Positions 1 through 8,048 of a stretch of DNA of 64,000 nt are shown piece after piece. Source of the DNA: Tissierellia bacterium (GTDB lineage: Bacteria; Bacillota; Clostridia; Tissierellales; Peptoniphilaceae); assembly GCA_030537815.1 (NCBI GenBank), contig JAUNVF010000002.1:4349-68348 (forward strand), given 5' to 3'. The number at the start of each line of letters is the position of its first letter. Position 1 is the first letter of the stretch. A program made the position numbers and the translations under genes. The notes beneath the pieces were generated by a model that searched no databases, was not told the DNA's origin, and worked only from the letters and a program-made list of their open reading frames with translations.

Positions 1-278
1 CTGCTTTTCCTAATCAATTATCTGGAGGACAACAACAAAGAGTCGCTATAGCAAGAGCACTTATTTGTAAGCCGAAGATAATTTTAGCGGATGAACCCAC
101 AGGCAATCTTGACCAAAGAAATAGCCAAAATATAATAGAATTATTTGTTCGTATGAATAAAAAATTTAATCAGACCATAATAATGATCACACATAATCTA
201 GAATTAACAAGACATTGTGATAGAGTTATACGCATAATAGATGGTGAAATTGTAGAGGTTAATAAAAATGAAAGATAA
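1..278 (+). CDS. ABC transporter ATP-binding protein (LolD/MacB-type), 5'-truncated by window edge
   Basis: Frame 3 reads [19 protein letters not shown]...[11 protein letters not shown]...IIMITHN...[12 protein letters not shown], i.e. signature motif, Walker B, D-loop and H-loop. Stop TAA at 276-278 overlaps the next start. Confidence 0.93.
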   Translation, partial: AFPNQLSGGQQQRVAIARALICKPKIILADEPTGNLDQRNSQNIIELFVRMNKKFNQTIIMITHNLELTRHCDRVIRIIDGEIVEVNKNER

Positions 279-2616
279 TATTTTAAAGACCTATGTTAGA
301 CGAGATCTAAAATTAAACAAAATAAAGGGTTTCACCATATTATTAACTATAATTTTGTCTTTTATATTTATAAATATAATGAGCCTGTATTCAGTCAGCG
401 CAAAATTGATATTTCAAGATAAACTAGAAAATGGTCACCAAGCATCATTTGTTAAAATAAAGCCTGAAGAAATAGAAGGCATTAAATCAGAAGAAAGCAT
501 ACGAAAGATTGGTATAGGATATATATTTCCTGAAGTTGGAGTAGAAGATATTAATCTAAGAATAGCGTATATGGATTCTGAATTACGAGATTTAGGAAAT
601 GTAAATCTCATCAAAGGCGATTATCCAAAGAAACAAGATGAAATAATAGTATCTGAAAATTATTTTAAATATGTAAATCAGAAAGCTGATATCGGAGATA
701 AAATTGATATAGATTTGGGTACTGGATTAAGCACTTATAATTTAAGTGGAATTTTATATAGCGAAGCTGTAGGAGAGACGTATCCAATATTTGTTTCTAA
801 GGAATATGTAGATAAATTTGGTCAAACTGATAACTATATATCGCAGATTAGCATGAAATCTCCAAATTTATATTCAGAAAATGAATTGAAAGAAAAAATA
901 ATCTTGCTAGCAAATAAGTATGGAATAGAAGATAAAAATGTACATTTTTTTGATATGTATTTTTATTATATGGGTTTTGTGAATGAGAATCAATACTATA
1001 TGATTTTAGCACTAGGTTTAATACTGGGATTGATTTCCTTTCTTATTATCCATAATATTTTATATGTTTTTGCATTAGAAGATAGAAAAAATATTGCAAT
1101 TCTAAGATTAATTGGAGCGAATAAAAAACAAGCTTTATATCTTATTAATACAAGGATAAGATATCTTGGAATAATTGGCATTTGTTTAGGAACTATTGGT
1201 ACTTTTAGTTTATTTTTTATAAATGAAAAAGATAAACTCTTATTTTTGTTTAAACAAAAGCCAATATATATACTGATTATTTTAATACTAAGCAGTTTGT
1301 ATATATTTTTTGTTCTTAAATTATCAGCTATTTCAGTTAAAAGAGATATAAATAGAATATCTGCAAAAGAACTGTTTACAAATAGTCAATCAACGAGCCA
1401 TCTTGTCAAAAGAAAGAAAAACTACTTTATTACACCTAAATTTCTCGCATGGCTTAATGTGAAAAGAGATCCTAAAAAAACAACTTATATGATTTTATCA
1501 TTAAGTATTGGTGGAATTTTACTGATTACATCGTATACATTTTTGCAGGCATTTAATCCCGAACTTTTAGCTAAAAAAAGTTATGTAAATCATGAAATTA
1601 GTATTATCTTAAAAGAGAATTCAGTTCTAGATAGCTCTAATGATAATCTAATGAATACTATTCAAAAAAAGAATCCTATAGATAAGGACTTAATTCATTC
1701 ACTGAAAAAAGTTAATAATATTGAAAAAGTAGAAATTATACAAGGTATTAATGCTGAATTTATTAGTCCTAATGGAAGCTCGGACAATCTAAATATTGAA
1801 GGATATACGACGCAACAAGAAGAATGGATAAAAGATAATCTTCTAGAAGGTGATAGTTCATATCAGGTATTATATGCGAACAATGGTGTAATTGTTAATC
1901 AGCCAAAGGAAATACAAAAGTACTATGGTTGGGATGTAAAGATAGGAGATGAAGTTAAATTTAAATATCAAAAAAAAGAGTTTAAGGCTATTGTAATAGG
2001 AATAACAGATATTTTAACAGGAAATGGATATTTTTATGTTCCTGCTGAATCATTATATCAACTTGCAGATGAAAACAGCAATCTAAACTATGAATTGAGA
2101 TTAAGTCTAAAAGATAAATCGTTAATATCACAAGAAAAAACAATAAGCGATGTCAAAAATTTAATAAACAAATATCCATTAAAGTTGGATACCTATTTAA
2201 ATGCTGTTGATGAATATAAAGTTTCTTTAAAAACTAGCAAAAAACTTCTCTTATCTATTACTTTTATTATTTTAGTGATGGGAGTTGGAAATCTCATAAA
2301 CACCTATCTTTCTAATATAGTCAGTAGAAGGAACGAGATGTCCTTATTTAACCTAATAGGAATGACCAAATCTCAACGCAGCAAAATGCTTATGACAGAA
2401 AATATGTATTATATGAAAAGAATTCTTTTAATTACTCTTATATTAGGAGCGATTAGTTCATATACTCTTTATATTTTTATAAGTAGAGATAAAATTATCG
2501 GAGGCATGAACTACAAATTTCCAATTATTGAATTTTTAGTATATGCTTTATTGATATATATTTTAGGTAATATTACTTTAAAAACTGCAGATAATATCTT
2601 TATAAAGCAGAGGTAG
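268..2616 (+). CDS. FtsX/MacB-like ABC transporter permease (two repeats; peptide/bacteriocin export or resistance type)
   Basis: 782 aa with TM clusters and large extracellular domains; IAILRLIGA and RRNEMSLFNLIGMT FtsX motifs; coupled to the upstream ATPase. Confidence 0.85.
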   Translation: MKDNILKTYVRRDLKLNKIKGFTILLTIILSFIFINIMSLYSVSAKLIFQDKLENGHQASFVKIKPEEIEGIKSEESIRKIGIGYIFPEVGVEDINLRIAYMDSELRDLGNVNLIKGDYPKKQDEIIVSENYFKYVNQKADIGDKIDIDLGTGLSTYNLSGILYSEAVGETYPIFVSKEYVDKFGQTDNYISQISMKSPNLYSENELKEKIILLANKYGIEDKNVHFFDMYFYYMGFVNENQYYMILALGLILGLISFLIIHNILYVFALEDRKNIAILRLIGANKKQALYLINTRIRYLGIIGICLGTIGTFSLFFINEKDKLLFLFKQKPIYILIILILSSLYIFFVLKLSAISVKRDINRISAKELFTNSQSTSHLVKRKKNYFITPKFLAWLNVKRDPKKTTYMILSLSIGGILLITSYTFLQAFNPELLAKKSYVNHEISIILKENSVLDSSNDNLMNTIQKKNPIDKDLIHSLKKVNNIEKVEIIQGINAEFISPNGSSDNLNIEGYTTQQEEWIKDNLLEGDSSYQVLYANNGVIVNQPKEIQKYYGWDVKIGDEVKFKYQKKEFKAIVIGITDILTGNGYFYVPAESLYQLADENSNLNYELRLSLKDKSLISQEKTISDVKNLINKYPLKLDTYLNAVDEYKVSLKTSKKLLLSITFIILVMGVGNLINTYLSNIVSRRNEMSLFNLIGMTKSQRSKMLMTENMYYMKRILLITLILGAISSYTLYIFISRDKIIGGMNYKFPIIEFLVYALLIYILGNITLKTADNIFIKQR

Positions 2617-2632
2617 AAAAATTGAAAAAGTT

Positions 2633-2666
2633 AAAGCGATTAGAAATAAAAATCTAGTCGCTTTTT
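2633..2666 (+). terminator. Rho-independent terminator
   Basis: AAAGCGATTAGA...TCTAGTCGCTTTTT stem-loop followed by a T-run, just after the permease stop. Confidence 0.7.
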
Positions 2667-2697
2667 CATTGTCCAAATTTTGGGAGGTGGTAAAAAA

Positions 2698-2961
2698 GTG
2701 GAAGACAATAAAAACTTTAAGCAAGTTAAAAAGGAGATAGAAAAGTTAGATGCAGAAAAAGAACAGTACGAGGTGAAACTTGAGCAATTAAAAAATCAAG
2801 AGAAGAAAATTAGGCGTAAGATTAGCCAAGAAGAAAGAAAACGAAGACCGAAAAGGTTAATTGAAAGAGGGGCAATTTTAGAAAGTTTTATTGATGAAGC
2901 AAGTGAAAAAAGTAATGAAGAAATAAAAGCGATTTTGCAAACAGTATTTAATCGCCCATAA
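2698..2961 (+). CDS. DUF3847-family protein (mobilisation accessory protein of MobA/MobL elements)
   Basis: Coiled-coil N-terminus followed by ERKRRPKRLIERGAILESFI; GTG start after GGAGGTGG; sits directly upstream of an oriT-like site and a relaxase remnant. Confidence 0.8.
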   Translation: MEDNKNFKQVKKEIEKLDAEKEQYEVKLEQLKNQEKKIRRKISQEERKRRPKRLIERGAILESFIDEASEKSNEEIKAILQTVFNRP

Positions 2962-3003
2962 GAAAAATTAAAAAATAGAACTAAAGAAGTTCCCTTAGAT
3001 TTT

Positions 3004-3020
3004 CTAAGGCGCAATTATAC
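3004..3020 (-). other. MOBQ-type oriT nick-site-like sequence
   Basis: Minus strand GTATAATTGCGCCTTAG, one mismatch from the pIP501-type core GTATAAGTGCG^CCTTAG as I recall it; located between DUF3847 and mobA. Confidence 0.7.
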
Positions 3021-3135
3021 ATCTTAAAGGGGTTTTCTTGCAACCTACGGTGTTTTACACTTGCAGTGAGTAAAGAAAAGGCAAAAGCCTTTTATTTATT
3101 TTCAAAGAGAATTGAATAGATAAACCATTCGCTTT

Positions 3136-3206
3136 GGGTCTGCCCCAGCCAATAATCTCCAACGAAAATTTATTTGAGTTGTAGAGATTATTAGGCGAGG
3201 GTATTT
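3136..3206 (+). repeat. Structured hairpin repeat, copy 1
   Basis: GGGTCTGCCCC-AGCC-AATAATCTC-CAAC...GTTG-TA-GAGATTATT-AGGC-GA-GGGTATTT; homologous to 3356-3423. Confidence 0.7.
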
Positions 3207-3209
3207 ATC

Positions 3210-3248
3210 GTCAAGGGTAAAATGCACGAGCTATTGCTCGCCCTTGAC
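3210..3248. repeat. Inverted repeat with nested hairpin in the oriT region
   Basis: GTCAAGGG...CCCTTGAC enclosing CGAGC-TATT-GCTCG. Confidence 0.65.
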
Positions 3249-3355
3249 AATAAAAATTTGTAATTAATGGTGATACTTATGCTGACACATTGCCTGTACA
3301 CTTGAGGGTGAAACAACAAAACAAGTTTAAGTATGTCGGCTTTTTCATTTTATCA

Positions 3356-3423
3356 GGGTCTGCCCCTACCAATAACTCACCACGAGTTTACGAGTGGTTT
3401 GAGTTATTGGGTAAAGGGTATTT
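3356..3423 (+). repeat. Structured hairpin repeat, copy 2
   Basis: GGGTCTGCCCC-TACC-AATAACTC-ACCAC...GTGGT-TT-GAGTTATT-GGGTA-AA-GGGTATTT. Confidence 0.7.
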
Positions 3424-3512
3424 CAAAACGCTCATTCACTGTATAGAAAATTTTAAAAATTGTAATGACCGACTCCTAAAACAACAAAAGAAAATAGAGA
3501 GGAAGCGAGAAG

Positions 3513-3630
3513 ATGGCAGAGACTTTTCATTATAATTTTACAATGGTAAGTCGACGAAAAGGAAAAATGCCGTGGCAAGCTCAGCATATTTCAATAAAAA
3601 AATCACCAATGAATTGAAAAAATCACCCAA
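3513..3630 (+). pseudogene. MobA/MobL relaxase pseudogene (N-terminal ~35 codons, frameshifted)
   Basis: ATG at 3513 after a GAGAGGAAG-rich RBS. Reads MAETFHYNFTMVSRRKGK, then after a frameshift AVASSAYFNKKITNE. This resembles the MobA/MobL N-terminus (FH...ISRGKGKSAVASAAY...KIKNE), including the catalytic Tyr. Similarity is lost after that. Confidence 0.8.
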
Positions 3631-3784
3631 TATTTTTAAATTATTTATGAATTAAAAACATAAATCAATATTATAAGAGGAAGATGGCGAAGAGAAATTA
3701 TTTGATGACTTAGATAAATTCGGATTTATTAGTTCCTAATTTATCTAAGATGGATTTCACATATGAGAAAGTAAAATAGAATAA

Positions 3785-3813
3785 CCGGAGACATGTATTT
3801 CTAAATGTCTCCG
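3785..3813. terminator. Stem-loop, probable terminator for the convergent ABC pair
   Basis: CCGGAGACAT...ATGTCTCCGG, a 10-bp inverted repeat about 50 bp beyond the stop at 3864. Confidence 0.55.
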
Positions 3814-3863
3814 GCATAGTGCAACTTTTGATTTTAACTTATGATGGTTTCTAGCATCTAATT

Positions 3864-5609
3864 TTAAATCTTAATATCCCAGTACTGGGCTTTTTCTCTT
3901 GCTTCAATGAATTTTTTGTATAATCCTTCTTCTTTTACAAGTTCTTCATGATTTCCTTTTTGCACCAATTGTCCATGATCTAGGACTATTATTTTGTCAG
4001 CATTTCGAACTGTGGACAGGCGATGGGCTATGGAAATTACTGTTTTATCTTTTGTAAGTTCATTGATGGCTTTTAAGATTTCTCCTTCATTTTCAGGATC
4101 TACACTGGATGTAGCTTCGTCTAATAAGATTATTGGTGCATCTTTTAATAAAGCTCTAGCGATAGATATCCTTTGTCTTTCCCCTCCAGATAATCGGCTT
4201 CCTTCTTCGCCGACATTTGTTTCATATTTTTCAGGAAATTCCATAATGAATTCATGGCATCTTGCTTTCTTAGCAGCTTCCATAACTTCTTCCATGGATG
4301 CATCCGGCTTTGCAATTCGGATATTATTGGCAATGCTGTCGTTGAAAAGATATACATCTTGAAATACTAATGAAAAATAGGATAATAGAGTTTTTACTTC
4401 GAAATCTCTTATATCATGTCCGCCCAATTTAATATTTCCTTTTTGAGGATCATAGAATCTTGCAATAAGATTTATTAATGTAGTTTTTCCTGATCCTGAT
4501 GGGCCGACAATCGCTATTTTTTCCTTTTCCGGTATTTTTAAATTTATATTTTTTAAAATAGTACGCTCTTCATATGCAAAAGAGACATTGGAGAATTCAA
4601 TATTGATCGGCATTTTGCGATTTTTCAATTCTCCATCTTTCATTTGTGGGAGATCTGCAATCTCTTTTAGATAGTCTATTTCATGTGGAGTTTTAGCTCC
4701 TAAGATAGTAATATTTTCCAGCTGTTTCATTCCTCCAAAGAGCATAAATCCTGCTCCGCAAAGAGTCAAAGCTTTTGAGATTTCCACTTGTCCCTTTGTG
4801 TATAGATAATAGGTTAAAAGCGTAACTCCTAAACTTCCGACATAGAGAAGTGTGTCATAGATTCTAAAACAGATAATTACTTTAGATTCCAGTTTTTTCT
4901 GGTTTTTCATAATCTCATAGCTGCTTTGATTTACTTTTTGATGGATTTCTTCTTTGACATCGGGATCTAAATCCGGAAAGGAGCGAAGAACGGGTATGCC
5001 CCTGATTCCGTCGATTAATGCATCGGAATAGGCGATATTTTTATCATGGAGTAAATATACTTCTTTTTTGGAGAAAGAATACATGATAAATAATGTAAGC
5101 CAGCTTAATATGACAATCAAAAGCGCAAAAAGTCCGATACGATAATGCATGTTAAGAAGTCCAAATAATAAGAAAAAGCATATAGCTATTCCTGAAAAAA
5201 TATATTGATATGCTAGTCCGAGCATTTGCTCTACACTTTTTGCAATCATGGTCAAAGCATCGAGAATTTTTGATAAGTTTACTTGATTAAAATATCCCAT
5301 GGGTGCTTTTTTTAGCTTTTCGCCGACATCTTCACGATAATCACGAAATATAGTGAAGAAGGTTCCAGACAGGGTTAAACATTCACCATATATGCAGATA
5401 AAATTCAATAAAAAGGAAAAAACGACTATTAAAAATAGAATTCCTATTTTTTTGCTATCGGTTTCTCCAATCCAGGAAAAGCCCAGATACATAGCGACGA
5501 ATTGCATAAGTACTGATATATGTTGTAGAAATACAAATACTGCGCCTATTTTGAGTTTGTTTTTATAGGGTCCTGCAATTTGAAAAGCTTTTTTTATAAT
5601 ATCAAGCAT
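3864..5609 (-). CDS. ABC transporter ATP-binding/permease half (IrtB/YbtQ-like)
   Basis: N-terminal TMD; GPSGSGKTT, LSGGERQRISIARA, ILLDEATSSVDPENE, SIAHRL. Confidence 0.88.
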   Translation of the reverse strand: MLDIIKKAFQIAGPYKNKLKIGAVFVFLQHISVLMQFVAMYLGFSWIGETDSKKIGILFLIVVFSFLLNFICIYGECLTLSGTFFTIFRDYREDVGEKLKKAPMGYFNQVNLSKILDALTMIAKSVEQMLGLAYQYIFSGIAICFFLLFGLLNMHYRIGLFALLIVILSWLTLFIMYSFSKKEVYLLHDKNIAYSDALIDGIRGIPVLRSFPDLDPDVKEEIHQKVNQSSYEIMKNQKKLESKVIICFRIYDTLLYVGSLGVTLLTYYLYTKGQVEISKALTLCGAGFMLFGGMKQLENITILGAKTPHEIDYLKEIADLPQMKDGELKNRKMPINIEFSNVSFAYEERTILKNINLKIPEKEKIAIVGPSGSGKTTLINLIARFYDPQKGNIKLGGHDIRDFEVKTLLSYFSLVFQDVYLFNDSIANNIRIAKPDASMEEVMEAAKKARCHEFIMEFPEKYETNVGEEGSRLSGGERQRISIARALLKDAPIILLDEATSSVDPENEGEILKAINELTKDKTVISIAHRLSTVRNADKIIVLDHGQLVQKGNHEELVKEEGLYKKFIEAREKAQYWDIKI

Positions 5610-5610
5610 T

Positions 5611-7491
5611 TTATTCCTCCCCTGAATATTTCATCCATAGATTTTGATATATTAAGGAATCTTTCATCAATTCTTGGTGGGTACCCTGATCTATGATTTT
5701 ACCTTTATCCATCACTAGTATTTTATGAGCATTTTTAATGGTGTGAAGTCTATGGGCAATTACGATTAAGGTTTTGTTTTTAATTAATTTTGAAATGGCT
5801 TCTTGGATTAAGGATTCATTTTCTGGGTCTGTATAGGCAGTGGCTTCATCCAAGATAATAATCTTTGCATCTTTCAGCATTGCTCTTGCAATTGTTATCC
5901 TTTGTCTTTCTCCGCCAGACAGTCTGCCTCCGGCTTCTCCTACCAATGTATCATAGCCCTTTGGAAGTTCCATAATAAAATCATGACAGGATGCCAGTTT
6001 ACAAGCATTTATAATTTCTTCTTTTGTAGCATTTGGTTTTGCTAATTGTAAATTTTTAAGTATGCTGGTATCAAATAGAAATTGATCTTGCGAAACATAT
6101 GCCAGTTCTTCCATAAGTTCTGCAAATGAAAGTTTCTTATTTGGGACATTTTCAATTAGTATTTCCCCTTCGTCCTGATCCCAGAAACCGGCAATTAATT
6201 TAGCAACAGTGCTTTTTCCTGATCCTGAAGGTCCTACCAATGCAGTGATTTCATTGGGTTTAGCTTCAAAGGAAATGCCGTGAAGTACTTCCTGATTTTC
6301 TAAATATGAAAAATACACATCCCTTAATTTTACGCCTTTTGTAGGATCTAGTGGTGGATGTTCTCCCGCATTAGGTCTTTGTTGCGGTTTCATTTGGAGT
6401 AATTCACGTATCCCTCGATAAGAATTGGAACATAGTTGAAATAATTCCATGCTTTGAGCCAATAAAAAGGCTTGTGGAAGTATGGAGAGTGGCATTACTA
6501 AGGATAAAAGAAGTCCCCATATTTCAATTTGACCTTTAGAAAATAGATAAAAGGCAAGGGGAAGTGTTAAAATAAATGGACTCATAACCGCTGCCATAAT
6601 GATGGACATACTGAGCCATGATGTTTTATACCATTCCATTGTAGTATCATGAGCGAAGTCCGCTGCTTCTTTATATTTTTTAAAATATTTGTCTTCATGT
6701 AAAAAAGCTTTAATTATCGGTATTCCTCTTACAAATTCTACTGTCTTTTCTGCTAAATAGCTATAAGCTCCATTATATACTCCCATTCTTGCTTGGTATC
6801 TCGGCATTATAATCAATGAACCCAGTATGAGTATTGGAAGGGGTGCAAATATTGATAAACCGATTCTCCAATCTACGGTAAATAAAATCAAGGTACAGAG
6901 TATGGGATGGAGAAGTTTTCCAGGAAGCTCCGGCATCATATGTGCAATCCAGTCTTCCAATTCGGATACTCTTTCATTTAAAAGAACTTTGATTTTTCCA
7001 ACAGGTTGTTCTATTAAATAGCCGGGAGAAATCTCCTGAAGTTTCTTGAAAAGACGTTTTCTGAGTGCGTGAAGAATTTCAAAGGCTGTCATATGTGAAA
7101 GGTATGTAGAACAACCCGAGAGTATCAGATGACATAATAATGCAAAAGCGGTTATTATTGCGTATTTTTTTATATTTCCTTCTTCTCCTGAAATAGAGTA
7201 TTTATAAATTGACTGTGCTACAAAAGCGCCGAAGAAGAATGTTGTAAATACAAAAATCTCCGCAATAATTGATAGAACAAGGGAGAGCAAGGCTCTTGTT
7301 TTGTATTCGGGAGCAATCTGAAGAAGTTCTGTTGTCAGCTGAATAGGATTTAATTTATATTCCGAATCCCCACCTACAATATTTTCTTCAATGATTTCTC
7401 TTAATCCTTCCGGATAATCAAAGCCGAAAGAGTCTAAATCTTTGCTGATTTTCTTTCGATCTAAGATTTTTTTCTGTTCTTTTTTTGCCAT
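5611..7491 (-). CDS. ABC transporter ATP-binding/permease half (IrtA/YbtP-like)
   Basis: TMD containing LSHMTAFEILHALR and LEDWIAHMMPE; GPSGSGKST, LSGGERQR, ILDEATAYTDPENE. Start is ATG at 7491 or GTG at 7500. Confidence 0.88.
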   Translation of the reverse strand: MAKKEQKKILDRKKISKDLDSFGFDYPEGLREIIEENIVGGDSEYKLNPIQLTTELLQIAPEYKTRALLSLVLSIIAEIFVFTTFFFGAFVAQSIYKYSISGEEGNIKKYAIITAFALLCHLILSGCSTYLSHMTAFEILHALRKRLFKKLQEISPGYLIEQPVGKIKVLLNERVSELEDWIAHMMPELPGKLLHPILCTLILFTVDWRIGLSIFAPLPILILGSLIIMPRYQARMGVYNGAYSYLAEKTVEFVRGIPIIKAFLHEDKYFKKYKEAADFAHDTTMEWYKTSWLSMSIIMAAVMSPFILTLPLAFYLFSKGQIEIWGLLLSLVMPLSILPQAFLLAQSMELFQLCSNSYRGIRELLQMKPQQRPNAGEHPPLDPTKGVKLRDVYFSYLENQEVLHGISFEAKPNEITALVGPSGSGKSTVAKLIAGFWDQDEGEILIENVPNKKLSFAELMEELAYVSQDQFLFDTSILKNLQLAKPNATKEEIINACKLASCHDFIMELPKGYDTLVGEAGGRLSGGERQRITIARAMLKDAKIIILDEATAYTDPENESLIQEAISKLIKNKTLIVIAHRLHTIKNAHKILVMDKGKIIDQGTHQELMKDSLIYQNLWMKYSGEE

Positions 7492-7569
7492 ATGGATCAC
7501 TTCCTTCGAATTGTATAAATATCAAGTATATTTTTCAGTATTTAATAAATAAATATTATCATCATTTTT

Positions 7570-7588
7570 ATTGAGAGTCAATCTCAAT
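7570..7588. promoter_or_regulatory. Putative Fur-type box upstream of the IrtAB-like ABC pair
   Basis: ATTGAGAGTCAATCTCAAT has 7-bp inverted arms and resembles the 7-1-7 TGATAATnATTATCA motif; adjacent ATGATGATAAT on the minus strand. Confidence 0.5.
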
Positions 7589-7640
7589 TTTCGTTGATTT
7601 ATGGATTTTAAACTTTAAGGAGATTTTATAAACTAAATAA

Positions 7641-7680
7641 AAAATGCAGAATAAATATTTATATTCTGCAATTTTTTTTT
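7641..7680. terminator. Bidirectional-type terminator hairpin
   Basis: AAAATGCAGAATA-aatattta-TATTCTGCA followed by a T-run. Confidence 0.55.
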
Positions 7681-8048
7681 ATGAACTTTTTTCTAGGACT
7701 AAATTTATAAGATTATAAAAGAATTTCGATAATGCTATTGTAGTTAAAAAAACATAATAATATCATATTATAAAAAATATGATGAATTAAAGCCCAATAT
7801 CTATAAATGAGAAATTATATAAGAGAGAGATAAAATAAATATATTTAAATATTTTCTTATCCTTGATTTTGTAGAGTATTATGTTAAGTATAAATAATGC
7901 TAATGTAGCCATGAAATAATAATTTATCCTCAAACTTTTGAGATACAAATCAGATTCTTGAAACTTCCGATTTATTGGCAAGCTTGAAATCCTAAAAAAT
8001 GGGATTTAAGCAAAGTCTTGCGCTTAAAAAATTCTCGATTTGTAAATT

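Larger units (their letters stand above)
2698..3630 (+). mobile_element. Relic of an integrative mobilisable element (MOBQ: DUF3847 - oriT - mobA/mobL pseudogene)
   Basis: The three components appear in their usual order, but the relaxase is truncated. The upstream cargo (1-2616) is very AT-rich and lacks the host TCGA bias. Confidence 0.75.

Noticed and set aside
3136-3423. Possible CRISPR mini-array from the repeated GGGTCTGCCCC...GGGTATTT
   Set aside because: Only two divergent ~70-nt units about 150 bp apart and no cas genes; reported as a structured repeat instead.
3290-3535. 81-aa ORF upstream of the relaxase remnant
   Set aside because: It runs through the structured hairpin repeat, starts at TTG without a clear RBS and has no recognisable motif; probably a chance frame.
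7787-7981. 64-aa hydrophobic ORF on the minus strand
   Set aside because: It starts inside the hairpin cluster with no RBS, and the hydrophobicity follows from extreme AT content. It may be a gene remnant but I cannot support it.
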